From positions 19,345 to 83,344 of the forward strand of contig CAZMZF010000010.1 of NCBI GenBank assembly GCA_964570765.1: 64,000 bases of DNA. The letters are read 5' to 3'. Below are positions 20,327 to 30,416 of the stretch, in pieces. The DNA is from an uncultured Ignavibacteria bacterium. Lineage in GTDB: Bacteria > Zixibacteria > MSB-5A5 > RBG-16-43-9. The notes beneath the pieces were generated by a model. That model saw nothing but the letters and a program-made list of their open reading frames with translations. It did no database searches and was not told the DNA's origin. A program made the position numbers and the translations under genes. The number at the start of each line of letters is the position of its first letter. The first letter of the stretch is position 1.

Positions 20327-21850
20327 ATGGCAAGGTTAGTCGAATGTGTTCCCAATTTCAGCGAAGGGAGAAGAGCTGAAGTGATCGAGGCTATTTTAGC
20401 TGAGATCAAATCAGTTGAAGGGGTGATGCTTTTAGACAGGGAGATGGATAAAGACCATAACCGAGCAGTTATTACCCTGGTAGGAGGTCCTCAAGAGGTT
20501 AAAAATGCCGCTTTTAAAGCTATAGCTAAAGCATCACAGTTGATAGACATGGATCAACATAAAGGGGAACATCCCCGGATGGGGGCTACAGATGTAGTTC
20601 CCTTTGTCCCTATATCCGGAGTAACTATGGATGATTGTATAAGTTTAGCTAAAGAGTTAGGTAAAGAGGTAGGGGAGAAACTGGGAATACCAGTTTATCT
20701 TTACGAAGCCGCTGCTACTCGTCCGGAAAGAGTGAACTTAGCTGAGGTGCGCAAAGGAGAATATGAAGGGCTAAAAAAGGAGATAGAAACCAACCCGGAA
20801 AGAAAGCCAGATTTTGGGCCCTCTAAACTATCTAAAGCTGGTGCAACCGCTATCGGAGCAAGAATGCCGTTGATTGCATTTAATGTTTATTTAGGAACCA
20901 GGGATATAAGCATAGCCAGAAAAATAGCTAAAGGAATCAGGTTTTCCACTGGAGGGTTTAGATATATCAAAGCCTTGGGGTTTGAGATTAAAGAGCGGGG
21001 TTTGGTGCAGGTTTCAATGAATTTAGTCAACTATAAAGAATCCCCTATCTTCAGAGTATTTGAGGTAATTAAAAAAGAGGCAGAAAGATACTCAGTTCCG
21101 GTTATCTCCAGCGAGATCGTGGGTTTAACCCCGATGGAAGTCCTCCTGGATGTTTCTGATTATTACCTGAAACTGGAAAATTTTAAAAAAGATCAGATCT
21201 TAGAAGATAAACTGATGGCTTTTGCCGAAAAACACAAGTCTGGTCTTTCTGATTTTATGGATGAAGTATCTGCAGGCACACCTGTGCCAGGAGGAGGGAG
21301 TGTGGCTGCCTCCTCCGGTGCTATGGGAGCGAGTTTAGTTTCGATGGTTTGCAGGCTAACTATTGGAAAGAAAAAATATGAGGATTTTGAAGAGGAGCTT
21401 AAAAAAGTCTTAGATGAATCAGAGAAACTTCGCAAGGAATTGAAAGAGTTAATCATAAAAGATGGCGAGAGTTTTCTCAAAGTATTAGACAGTTTTAAAC
21501 TATCCCAGAACACACCTGAAGAACAAAATAGACGGCTGGTAGCCATTCAGGAAGCTTACAAAGAGGCAGCCTTAGTACCTTTTAAAACTATGGAAAAGTC
21601 CTTAGAGGTGTTAAAGCTCAGTCGGGTTGCAGTAGAGAAGGGAAATGTCAATACCGTAAGTGACGTTGGCGCCTCAGCCCTTATGGCTAAAAGTGCATTA
21701 GAGGGAGCGCTTTTGAACGTTAAGATAAATCTTAAATCAATAGAGGATCACCAATTCGTTACCGGTCTAAGAGAAAAAACAGAATTGATACTTTTAGAAG
21801 CTAACAAACTCAAAGAAGAGATCGACAGACTTTTGCAGGAGAAATTATAA
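20327..21850 (+). CDS. ftcD: Bifunctional glutamate formimidoyltransferase / formimidoyl-THF cyclodeaminase
   Basis: N-terminal ECVPNFSEGR formiminotransferase signature. C-terminal helical cyclodeaminase domain. Length 507 aa. Confidence 0.8.
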   Translation: MARLVECVPNFSEGRRAEVIEAILAEIKSVEGVMLLDREMDKDHNRAVITLVGGPQEVKNAAFKAIAKASQLIDMDQHKGEHPRMGATDVVPFVPISGVTMDDCISLAKELGKEVGEKLGIPVYLYEAAATRPERVNLAEVRKGEYEGLKKEIETNPERKPDFGPSKLSKAGATAIGARMPLIAFNVYLGTRDISIARKIAKGIRFSTGGFRYIKALGFEIKERGLVQVSMNLVNYKESPIFRVFEVIKKEAERYSVPVISSEIVGLTPMEVLLDVSDYYLKLENFKKDQILEDKLMAFAEKHKSGLSDFMDEVSAGTPVPGGGSVAASSGAMGASLVSMVCRLTIGKKKYEDFEEELKKVLDESEKLRKELKELIIKDGESFLKVLDSFKLSQNTPEEQNRRLVAIQEAYKEAALVPFKTMEKSLEVLKLSRVAVEKGNVNTVSDVGASALMAKSALEGALLNVKINLKSIEDHQFVTGLREKTELILLEANKLKEEIDRLLQEKL

Positions 21851-22684
21851 GTGGAGAAAAGGTATGTAGATTTACACATTCACACCACTGCTTCAGATGG
21901 TCTTCTGACACCTGAAAAGGTGATAGAATTTGCTCAGGAGTTAAATTTTTCAGCTATTGCTATCGCAGACCATGACACCGTAGATGGATATGAAAGTGCA
22001 AAACAAAAAGCAGAGGATTCAGGAATAGAGTTGATCCCCGCAGTGGAATTAAGCATAGCTTATAAAGGAATGGATTTTCATCTTTTAGGATATTTGATAG
22101 ACTGTCAAGATTCAGGATTTAAAAAGAAGATCGAAAATTTCAGAGAGGAGAGGCTAATAAGAGGGGAGAAGATGGTGGAGAAATTGAATGAGTTAGGGAT
22201 AGCTCTTCGTATGGATACAGTTAAGACTATAGCCAGAGGCGCTTCCGTAGGCAGGCCACATTTGGCAGATGCCTTGCTTAAGGAGGAATATGTAAAGACG
22301 TACAATGAAGCCTTTGCCCGTTATTTAGGTTATCATGCTCCAGCCTATGTTCCGAAAAAATATTTAACTCCGGAGGAAGGGGTAGAGTTGATTCATAAGG
22401 TTAAAGGGCTTGCTATCTTAGCCCATCCAGGCACTTCTCATCAGGATGAGCTTATCCCTGATTTTATGGAAATGGGAATAGATGGGATCGAAGCTTACCA
22501 TTCGCAGTATGACCGTTTTCAGACCAATAAGTACATCAATCTGGCTAAAAAATTTGGCTTGATTTATACTGGTGGCTCGGACTGTCATGGTAGGGGGGAT
22601 TTGATTTTGATAGGGAAGGTCAAAGTCCCTTACCGCTGTCTGGAGATGTTAAAAGAAGCTAAAAAAAGGAAGTTTAAAGATTAA
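21851..22684 (+). CDS. PHP-family phosphoesterase (TrpH/YciV-like)
   Basis: The VDLHIHTTASDG motif and a His/Asp-rich metal-ligand pattern through the protein. Confidence 0.75.
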   Translation: MEKRYVDLHIHTTASDGLLTPEKVIEFAQELNFSAIAIADHDTVDGYESAKQKAEDSGIELIPAVELSIAYKGMDFHLLGYLIDCQDSGFKKKIENFREERLIRGEKMVEKLNELGIALRMDTVKTIARGASVGRPHLADALLKEEYVKTYNEAFARYLGYHAPAYVPKKYLTPEEGVELIHKVKGLAILAHPGTSHQDELIPDFMEMGIDGIEAYHSQYDRFQTNKYINLAKKFGLIYTGGSDCHGRGDLILIGKVKVPYRCLEMLKEAKKRKFKD

Positions 22685-22691
22685 AAGAGAT

Positions 22692-22750
22692 GTCACTCTG
22701 AGCGGGGCGAAGGGTTTAAGATTCTTCTGCCCGTAGGGGATCAGAATGAC
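22692..22750. repeat. Repeat family A (GTCATTCTGAG...CTCAGAATGAC terminal inverted repeats), copy 1, shorter variant
   Basis: Shares termini and internal GAAGAATC / GATTCTTCG / CCGTAGGG blocks with the copies at 24903, 42549, 54764 and 59421. Confidence 0.6.
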
Positions 22751-22768
22751 TAAAGTTCACAGCTAAAT

Positions 22769-22856
22769 GTAGGTCAAGCATGTCCCGTCTTTGACGGGAT
22801 TGCTTGACGAAATAGAAACAATGTGTCGACCAGTCCGTTAGACATGGTCGACCTAC
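22769..22856. repeat. Composite repeat B+G (GTAGGTCAAGCATG...CTTGACRAAA followed by the TGTCGAMCAGTCC...GACATGGTCGAYCTAC palindrome)
   Basis: A second full copy lies at 38504..38574. A B-only copy lies at 4923..4958. Confidence 0.55.
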
Positions 22857-22885
22857 TTTGCTATAAAAAACAGAAAGGAGATAAA

Positions 22886-24853
22886 ATGAAAAAGCTGATC
22901 TTTTTACTCGTTTGCTTGCAAATTGCTGTTACCGCTTATGGTAAAGAATACACTCAAGCTTATGAAGATAAACTGATTCAGGATCTAAAAGGAATATATA
23001 CTAAGGAAGCTATCATAACCCCGGATTTCCCCGCTGGACGCCCTGTAGATGCTACCCCTTTGATCCTTCAAGCCAAGTATGATTTCCCTTTCTTAAGCTC
23101 AGCGACTCAGAAGGTTTTATACTCTTTTTTCTCAAGACCTACTGATTCAATCACTTTAGAGTATACTATAGATTCCCCGAGTGGTCATTTTAAAATTCAT
23201 TTCACTAAAACCGGAACAAATGCGGTTTATCAATCAAGTGTAGATAATAATGGAAATGGGGTTCCAGATTATGTAGATAACTGCGCCTCTATTTTAGATT
23301 ATGTATGGGCAAAAGAAGTTGATACCTTAGGTTATCTTTCTCCACCGGATGATGGCTGGTATCCTTTTTACCTGAACAATGGTGGAGATGGAAAATATGA
23401 CATCTACCTCCGGGCTTTCGGCACAGAATATTTAGGACAAACTACCCGTGAAACCACCCAGACAGAAAGCTCAGTTGTCTATACTAGCTTTATCGAGTTA
23501 GATAACGACTATCTGGGTTACCCTTACTATCATTCACAATATGATTGGCTCAGAGTTACAGCCGCGCATGAGTTTTTTCATGCTATCCAGTTTGGCTATG
23601 ATGCATTTGAATCCGAGGTAACCAGAGGTCTGGTGAAACCATACTGGATGGAGATGAGCGCTACCTGGATGGAAGATCAGGTTTACGATAATATAAACGA
23701 TTATATTTATTATCTTCCATATTTTTTCAACTATCCCTGGCTCTCTTTGAGAACTTTTTCCAATGATGAAAATGATAAGCCAAGGTATTATCACGCTTAT
23801 GGATCCTGCGTTTGGCCCATATATTTAGGGGAGAGATTCGGAATAAATATCATCAAGGATATCTGGACTAAGTGCCGTGAGGTTCCGGATGATAATGTCC
23901 TTCCTGCTACTGATCAGATCCTAAATGATCCATATAGCAGTTCATTAAATGATGCCTTTCGTGAATTCACGGTCTGGAATTATTTTACCGGAGACAGGGC
24001 AAACCCTGACATATTAGGCTTCTATTCAGAAGGTGAGCTTTTTTTTGACCCCTCTGGTAATCCTATAAGAGTTAAAGAAACAGATATGCATAATTTCTAT
24101 CCGGTTACTGATAGTTTTATTACCGCACAATTACCTCAAAATCTGGGAGCAAATTATATAACTTTTATTCCCATAACAGATTCTGCTGGAGGGTTGAGAA
24201 TATATTTTAATGGAGATGCTGGAGCAGAGTGGGAAGTTTCACTCATCGGCAATAGATGCATTGATTTTCCTCCTGAGACTACACAATTTACCCCAGAGAC
24301 TTTTACCCAAAACAATAAATGTAATTTCCCTTCTGAAATCTCAAAGATAGAATTGGATCCTATTCAACAAAACGGAATGGGGAGGATTTTTGACTGGACT
24401 CGTTTTTTAGCGGTATCGATGGTAGTTGCCAGAGCTGATACTGATACTATTTCTTCAAATTTTAAATATAGGTATTCTGCAGAATTTGACACGTCTTTAA
24501 AAGCTGGCTGGACACCTCCTTCTGTAGACAGAGTATATCAAAATTTTCCTAATCCTTTTGTAATTAGCGATGCCAACTCCACCACAAAATTTCCACTTTC
24601 TTTAAAAAGTCCATCTGATGTAAAACTTTTTATCTTTACAACATCCGGTGAACTTATTTGGGAATATGCCTGGTTTAACAAATGTCCAGGGAACTACGTT
24701 ACTACTGAATATCTTAAACCAGATTTTCTTCCATTCCAGTGGGATGGCAGAAATATGAATGGTGAGTATGTAGCTTCCGGGATTTATATATATAGAATAG
24801 TAACTAATAACACCTCAGCTACTAAAAAACTGGTGGTGATAAATCAGAGGTAG
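22886..24853 (+). CDS. Secreted HEXXH zinc-metalloprotease-like protein with a T9SS-type C-terminal sorting domain. The ORF-track start at 22823 lies inside a repeat element.
   Basis: RBS aaaggag before the ATG at 22886. Signal peptide. HEFFHAIQ...E motif. C-terminal YQNFPNPF...GIYIYRI...KKLVVI block typical of Por/T9SS CTDs. Paralog of 31885..33933. Confidence 0.6.
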   Translation: MKKLIFLLVCLQIAVTAYGKEYTQAYEDKLIQDLKGIYTKEAIITPDFPAGRPVDATPLILQAKYDFPFLSSATQKVLYSFFSRPTDSITLEYTIDSPSGHFKIHFTKTGTNAVYQSSVDNNGNGVPDYVDNCASILDYVWAKEVDTLGYLSPPDDGWYPFYLNNGGDGKYDIYLRAFGTEYLGQTTRETTQTESSVVYTSFIELDNDYLGYPYYHSQYDWLRVTAAHEFFHAIQFGYDAFESEVTRGLVKPYWMEMSATWMEDQVYDNINDYIYYLPYFFNYPWLSLRTFSNDENDKPRYYHAYGSCVWPIYLGERFGINIIKDIWTKCREVPDDNVLPATDQILNDPYSSSLNDAFREFTVWNYFTGDRANPDILGFYSEGELFFDPSGNPIRVKETDMHNFYPVTDSFITAQLPQNLGANYITFIPITDSAGGLRIYFNGDAGAEWEVSLIGNRCIDFPPETTQFTPETFTQNNKCNFPSEISKIELDPIQQNGMGRIFDWTRFLAVSMVVARADTDTISSNFKYRYSAEFDTSLKAGWTPPSVDRVYQNFPNPFVISDANSTTKFPLSLKSPSDVKLFIFTTSGELIWEYAWFNKCPGNYVTTEYLKPDFLPFQWDGRNMNGEYVASGIYIYRIVTNNTSATKKLVVINQR

Positions 24854-24902
24854 AGATTCTTCTCCTCGCAGAGGATCAGGATGATATGTACGGGTGGGAG
24901 GT

Positions 24903-24985
24903 GTCATTCTGAACGAAGTGAAGAATCTTTTGGTTTTAAGTAAAAGAGATTCTTCGGTCGTCCATTTGGACTCCCTCAGAATGAC
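24903..24985. repeat. Repeat family A, copy 2 (a partial third copy lies at 25042..25070)
   Basis: GTCATTCTGAACGAAGTGAAGAATC...GATTCTTCGG...CTCCCTCAGAATGAC. Confidence 0.6.
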
Positions 24986-25093
24986 AAAAGTTAGGATATT
25001 CATACTGAGAGAAACGAAGCATCTAAAGACAAAAACCAATAGATTCTTCGCCCGTAGGGCTCAGAATGACAAACGCTTTATGAAAATTAAAAT

Positions 25094-25636
25094 ATGACTT
25101 TTTCTTCCAGGAAAATTGCCAAAATCGGTGTGTTTACTGCACTGCCTATAGTCTTGAAAATACCAATTCTCCAGATACCCAACGTGGAGTTCTTCAGCTT
25201 CGTGGTTTTTACTTCAGGCTTTTTGTTAGGTATAATCGAAGGCGGTATTGTAGGTGCTCTTTCGATAAGCATCTATACTATCTTCAACCCTTATGGACTT
25301 CCACCTTTACCCATAGGAATTGCACAGGTTCTATCAATGATTTTCATCGGAATTTTGGGAGGTTTGCTCTTTAAAATTATTCGCTTGAAAAAAGTCAAGA
25401 AAATAAATTTATCTATTTTTATCTGGATGGGGGTTACGGGATTTTCTGTTACTCTTTTATTTGACCTTTTAACTAATTTAGGCGTCGTTATAGTGACGGG
25501 TCAATTTATACCAATTATGTTTGCGGCAATTCCTTTTGCCCTGATTCATCTTCTCTCTAATACTTTAATATTCATCTTGTTGACACCTCTCCTTTTTCGT
25601 TTAACCAGATTAGAAAGAAGAGGTGAGCTTGTTTAA
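25094..25636 (+). CDS. Small polytopic membrane protein, ECF-transporter S-component-like
   Basis: Five to six predicted TM helices and a KIAKIGVFTALPIVL N-terminal segment. The gene lies upstream of an outer-membrane receptor-like gene. Confidence 0.4.
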   Translation: MTFSSRKIAKIGVFTALPIVLKIPILQIPNVEFFSFVVFTSGFLLGIIEGGIVGALSISIYTIFNPYGLPPLPIGIAQVLSMIFIGILGGLLFKIIRLKKVKKINLSIFIWMGVTGFSVTLLFDLLTNLGVVIVTGQFIPIMFAAIPFALIHLLSNTLIFILLTPLLFRLTRLERRGELV

Positions 25637-27581
25637 AATAATTAATTTTATATTGCTGTTCTTTCTGCTCCTTTTCTCTTTATCTCTGGCGCAGGATGAC
25701 GACTCTCTTCTTTTAACTTCGAATCCGCCTTCGGCGGATAGCACCTATATAATTGAAAGTCTAACTGATAAAGTATGTTCACTTTTTACTACAAATTATG
25801 TTATCTCATCTGAAAATATTGAAAACTCAATCTATAAAAGCCTGGGTGGATTGTTAAAAACATACCGGGACATTGATGTAACCAGTTATGGTCCCTATGG
25901 TCAGCCTGAATATGCAACCATCTGGGGAGGAACTTCCAGACAACTATTGATCTATCAAGACGGGATTCCCTTTTCTCAGCAGACGATATATCTACCCCAG
26001 ACTGGCGACCTTGATCTTTTCTCTGTTCCCTCAGAGAATATAGAATCTATCCAGATTATAGATAACCCGGTTGCCAGTATCCTGGGTAGAGGTACGGGAA
26101 TAGGAGGGCTAAGACTAAAATCCAAAGAATTTAAAACTGGCCAGCCGTATTCAAGAATAAATTTTGAAAGAGGTCCTTATGGCTACAGAAAAACCCAGAT
26201 TGATTTTGGTAAGAATTTAGGTCGTAAAATAGGTTTCTATTTTACCGGCGGATGGAAAAAATCTGACGGGGAGGTAGCGAACAGTAACTTCAAGTCTCTA
26301 TACCTAACCGGCAATCTTCTTTATAAAATGAAAGAAAACTGGACAGCAAGGCTGAAGTTATATCATTTTGAGAACCGTGCTGGTAATCCTTTACCTTATG
26401 AATCTGCAATCGCTTTGAAAACCAAAGGAGATAGCTGGATTTTGGATTTGAATTCAGATTATTATTTTAAAAACAATACGCTACTGAAAATTGAAGGTCT
26501 GTATAGCTCTAATTCAGCTAAAAGTTACAATGGTGGCTATTTTCTCGACAGGGAAAAGGATGGTAGGGAATATTATCTAAAGGGAAGTTACCAATTCAGA
26601 TGGGACAGGAGAAATCAAGCCAGATTGGAAGGATTTCTTAGCAGGGAGAAGTTAAAAATAAAAGGGTTGGAAAAATCTACGAACCAAGGGTATCTTTCCT
26701 ATCTGCATCTATTAGAGTTCTCTTCAAAATTCTACACCTTTCTCTTTTTAAGATTAAACCGAAATACCGATTTTGGATCCAGAGGACAGGAGTTTAACTG
26801 GAATTTATCCGGCACAGGAGGGGTCTCTTATCTGCCGAATAAAGAGCTGACTTTATTTTTCATCTTTTCCCGTGTCTTTGACAATCCCACATTACATGAC
26901 CTTTACCTTAAGAGGAGCAGTTATTCGGTTCATTTCGATTCAACCTATTTTTCTTATCAAGAATATTATAACCTTTTTCTTGGGACTGAAGGATTTACTT
27001 CTGGAAATATTGGATTCTCCTGGCTGAAAAAAGAATTCAGCCTGAGAAGTTCCCTCTTTTTCTCTTTGAATCGGGACAACTTAGAATGGACTTTCTCTAA
27101 AACAGTTGACCGGGTTTTTCCTTATACCTTTATCAGATACCAGTACTTGCCTTCTAACCGGGAAAATAATTTATTCGGTCTATCTTTAGATTATGATTAT
27201 ATATTCTCTCCTAACTTTGAAACTGGTTTTTCCTATGCTTACAAAAGAGCCCGTTCTCATAAAAACTATCATTTTCCCTATACTCCGGAACATAGCTTGT
27301 TTAGTTATTTCCAGTATTCAAATGAATATTTGAGAAAGGAGATCGGAGTTAAGGTAAGACTGGAACAGGAATATCTCTCTAAGAGGTATCTGGCTGATTA
27401 TGATCAGGACCAGGTTCCTTTTGCCCTTCTTTTTAATTCCAAAATCACTTTGAGGTTTTTAAATTTTCGTTTCTATTATGTAATCGAGAATATAATCAAT
27501 GAGACTTATCGGACCAGAGGTGATTTTAATATGCCGGAGAGAACTTTCTGGTTCGGGTTTAGCTGGGATTTCTATGATTAA
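25623..27581 (+). CDS. TonB-dependent-receptor-like outer membrane beta-barrel protein
   Basis: Signal peptide. Plug-like motif (IESIQIIDNPVASILGRGTGIGGL). Extended beta-strand-rich region with alternating aromatic residues. Confidence 0.45.
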   Translation: MSLFKIINFILLFFLLLFSLSLAQDDDSLLLTSNPPSADSTYIIESLTDKVCSLFTTNYVISSENIENSIYKSLGGLLKTYRDIDVTSYGPYGQPEYATIWGGTSRQLLIYQDGIPFSQQTIYLPQTGDLDLFSVPSENIESIQIIDNPVASILGRGTGIGGLRLKSKEFKTGQPYSRINFERGPYGYRKTQIDFGKNLGRKIGFYFTGGWKKSDGEVANSNFKSLYLTGNLLYKMKENWTARLKLYHFENRAGNPLPYESAIALKTKGDSWILDLNSDYYFKNNTLLKIEGLYSSNSAKSYNGGYFLDREKDGREYYLKGSYQFRWDRRNQARLEGFLSREKLKIKGLEKSTNQGYLSYLHLLEFSSKFYTFLFLRLNRNTDFGSRGQEFNWNLSGTGGVSYLPNKELTLFFIFSRVFDNPTLHDLYLKRSSYSVHFDSTYFSYQEYYNLFLGTEGFTSGNIGFSWLKKEFSLRSSLFFSLNRDNLEWTFSKTVDRVFPYTFIRYQYLPSNRENNLFGLSLDYDYIFSPNFETGFSYAYKRARSHKNYHFPYTPEHSLFSYFQYSNEYLRKEIGVKVRLEQEYLSKRYLADYDQDQVPFALLFNSKITLRFLNFRFYYVIENIINETYRTRGDFNMPERTFWFGFSWDFYD

Positions 27582-27710
27582 GGTTTTTAAAATATTTTCG
27601 TAGGGCAAATCTCAAGATCCATTCTGGACCTTCAGGTTTGCTTTTTTGCAAGGCTAAAGTCTCAAGACCTTGAGGCCTTGCCCTACATAATGGAAAAAGA
27701 AGGAGAAATT

Positions 27711-28256
27711 ATGAATCGGGAAGAGGCATTAAATTTAGTTAAATCTAAAGTCAAAAATAAGAATCTGATCAAGCATATGTTAGCGGTCGAAGCGATAATG
27801 AGAAGGCTGTCAGAATATTTCAATGAGGATACAGAGCTCTGGGGTTTGACCGGACTTTTACACGATTTAGATTACGATTTCACAGTAAACGATTTTGCCA
27901 ATCACGGCATCCTTACAACCGAGTGGCTTAAAGAATATAATTTGGATGAAAAATTACTTTATGCCATCAAAGCCCATCCCAAACATGTGCCAGCAACTTC
28001 TAAGTTAGACTGGGCACTTTTTGCCACAGACCCTTTATCCGGATTGATTGTGGCAGCAACCTTAATGCATCCGACAAAGAAAATAAAAAATGTAACCCCT
28101 GAATTTGTCCTCAATCGATTTAAGGAGAAAAGGTTTGCGGCTGGAGCAAACCGGGAGGATATAAAAGAATGTGAGAAGATGGGTTTGACTCTGGAAAAGT
28201 TTGTGGAGCTGGCTTTAGAAGGAATGCAGAGAATAGATGCTGATTTAGAATTGTAG
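27711..28256 (+). CDS. HD-domain phosphohydrolase. I preferred the ATG at 27711, which follows an aaggag RBS.
   Basis: HD motif region (MLAVEAIM...GLLHDLDY). Confidence 0.7.
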   Translation: MNREEALNLVKSKVKNKNLIKHMLAVEAIMRRLSEYFNEDTELWGLTGLLHDLDYDFTVNDFANHGILTTEWLKEYNLDEKLLYAIKAHPKHVPATSKLDWALFATDPLSGLIVAATLMHPTKKIKNVTPEFVLNRFKEKRFAAGANREDIKECEKMGLTLEKFVELALEGMQRIDADLEL

Positions 28257-28517
28257 CTGCCTGATTTGTCAGGCTTATTTTAGCTTGGATTGTAAACCTT
28301 TCCTTCGGTGGCTACGAGCCCGCCCGCCCGTCCTACAGATCCGTAGGATAGGGCACCAGACGTAGTCTCCGCTTCTCGGACAGGTTTACCAATTCATCTA
28401 AAATGGTATATTCCAGTATTTAAACCCAGGTTGAGGGCAAACTGGGTCTACCAAAATTAGTAACCCTGCCTTGCCCTCAAGGCGGGATAGTGGCTAAACA
28501 TAAGAATTTTTAGATAA

Positions 28518-28898
28518 ATGCGAAAAGTTATCCTTATATTCAGTTTGTTTTTCCTATTTATAGCTGCCTATAAGACAAACTACGCCTTGGATAAATACAG
28601 ATCAAAGAAAATTGAAACTAAAAATCATACAATTAAGGAAGATAAATGGCTGGGCTGGGATAAATTCGGTCATTTTTTCATAAGTGGATTTTTGAGCGGG
28701 TCCTCATATTCTATTTATCATAAAAGTTTCAACAATGACAAAGAATCTTCAATTTTATTTTCCAGTTCCTTCACCCTGAGCTTGGGTATAGGGAAAGAAA
28801 TAAACGATATGAAAAAACCTCAAAATAAGTTCAGCTACAAAGACCTTATCTTCGATCTTATGGGCATTTCATTTGGTTTAATTATTGTCTCACATTAG
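28518..28898 (+). CDS. Hypothetical small membrane/lipoprotein
   Basis: N-terminal hydrophobic segment plus the WLGWDKFGHFF motif. No family assigned. Confidence 0.35.
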   Translation: MRKVILIFSLFFLFIAAYKTNYALDKYRSKKIETKNHTIKEDKWLGWDKFGHFFISGFLSGSSYSIYHKSFNNDKESSILFSSSFTLSLGIGKEINDMKKPQNKFSYKDLIFDLMGISFGLIIVSH

Positions 28899-28900
28899 TT

Positions 28901-30250
28901 ATGAATAATTTCATACAGAAAAGAATCGAGGTCTTTTCTTGGGGAATCTACGATTTTGCCAATACCATCTTTTCGATGAACATTATCACTATGTATTTTG
29001 CTCAATGGATAATTATAGATAACCATAAAGAAGATATACTGTATAGCACAACTTACGCTTTATCCATGCTTTTAGTAGCTCTGACTATGCCGGTTTTAGG
29101 TGCAGTCTCGGACAATCGTGGGAAAAGGAAACCTTATCTTTTCATTTTAACCCTGGGCTGTATTTTAGGAACTTTTTTGATTGGAGGGGTAAGCACTGAA
29201 ATCACAAATACTAACCTTAAAGTTTTCTCTGCTTTGTTTTTCTTTCTTCTGGCAAATTCCTGCTTTGAGGGTAGCTTGGTTTTTTATAATGCTTTACTCC
29301 CTGAGGTTTCTTCACCTAAGAATATCGGAAAAGTCTCTGGTTTTGGAGTAGCTTTAGGTTATCTCGGTGCAATAGTCGGGCTACTTTTAGTTAAGCCCTT
29401 TGTTACTGGAAACTTTTTCGGGCTTCAATTTAACTCGGGTGGAAGAGAGAAGGCATTCATCCCTACCGCGATTTTTTTCCTTTTGTTTAGCTTACCAACC
29501 TTTATATTTGTTAAAGAGAAAGCAAACCAGGCTATAGATGAAAAAAAAGTAAAAATTAAAGAGGCCTTTAAAAAAGTCTGGGATGGAATTGTTAATACCA
29601 GGAAATATCCGGGGGTCTTACGCTTTCTTATCGCAGATTATTTTTTCGAGGATGCCATTGCCACAGTGATTATTTTTATGGCAGTATACGCTCAGGTGGT
29701 TATGAATATGGAAGATGATGTCAAGATAGTATTTTTCTGGTTTGCCACTACTTTTGCGGTCATAGGCTCATTTATAGCCGGAGCAGTAAGTGACCGCATA
29801 GGTCCAAAAAAAACCTTGTTTTTTGTAGTCCTGGGCTGGATATTATCTTTATCAGTTATTATATTCACTACTCACACTTTCTATTTCTGGATTATGGGTC
29901 CATTTATCGGGATATTTTTAGGCTCAACCTGGACAACCTCCAGACCACTTCTGACCACTTTAGCTCCAAAAAAGATGTTAGGGCAGTTTTTCGGCTTATA
30001 TTCTTTATCTGGCAGAGCCGCTGCCATTATTGGACCACTTCTCTGGGGTGGAACGGTTCTTTATTTTAAGAAAGACAATATTCTGGTAAAAAATATGATA
30101 AATACTTTATCAAAATTTGGGATTAATTTTTCAGAGCAGGTTTTGAATACCATCCAGTATCGTTTTGCTATCCTGATTTTGATACTTTTGATGCTCGTTG
30201 GTCTTATAATATTTATAAAAGTTCCAGATAAAAAAAGTTATGACGAATGA
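28901..30250 (+). CDS. MFS-family transporter
   Basis: Twelve predicted TM segments and an MFS motif region (DNRGKRKPYLF) after TM2. Confidence 0.75.
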   Translation: MNNFIQKRIEVFSWGIYDFANTIFSMNIITMYFAQWIIIDNHKEDILYSTTYALSMLLVALTMPVLGAVSDNRGKRKPYLFILTLGCILGTFLIGGVSTEITNTNLKVFSALFFFLLANSCFEGSLVFYNALLPEVSSPKNIGKVSGFGVALGYLGAIVGLLLVKPFVTGNFFGLQFNSGGREKAFIPTAIFFLLFSLPTFIFVKEKANQAIDEKKVKIKEAFKKVWDGIVNTRKYPGVLRFLIADYFFEDAIATVIIFMAVYAQVVMNMEDDVKIVFFWFATTFAVIGSFIAGAVSDRIGPKKTLFFVVLGWILSLSVIIFTTHTFYFWIMGPFIGIFLGSTWTTSRPLLTTLAPKKMLGQFFGLYSLSGRAAAIIGPLLWGGTVLYFKKDNILVKNMINTLSKFGINFSEQVLNTIQYRFAILILILLMLVGLIIFIKVPDKKSYDE

Positions 30251-30416
30251 TAAATTACGGATAGCGGATAAAAAAATGTCATTGCGACCCCGCCTCTAGC
30301 GGAGGAAGTCGTAGGGACAGAACATTGTTCTGTCCTTACTATCCACGTTAGAGACGGATAGCTTAGTCGTTCGTCTGTGGTGAGACTCCACGCAATGACA
30401 GGTAAGGAGAATAAAT

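Noticed and set aside
22823-22885. An upstream extension of the metalloprotease ORF (MSTSPLDMVDLLCYKKQKGDK).
   Set aside because: It lies inside the B+G composite repeat. The ATG at 22886 has a strong aaaggag RBS and begins the signal peptide.
24815-25097. Overlapping ORFs 24815..25039(-) and 24894..25097(+), and 59360..59551(-).
   Set aside because: They are translations of family-A repeat copies (GTCATTCTGAG...CTCAGAATGAC). The same peptide strings recur wherever the repeat occurs.
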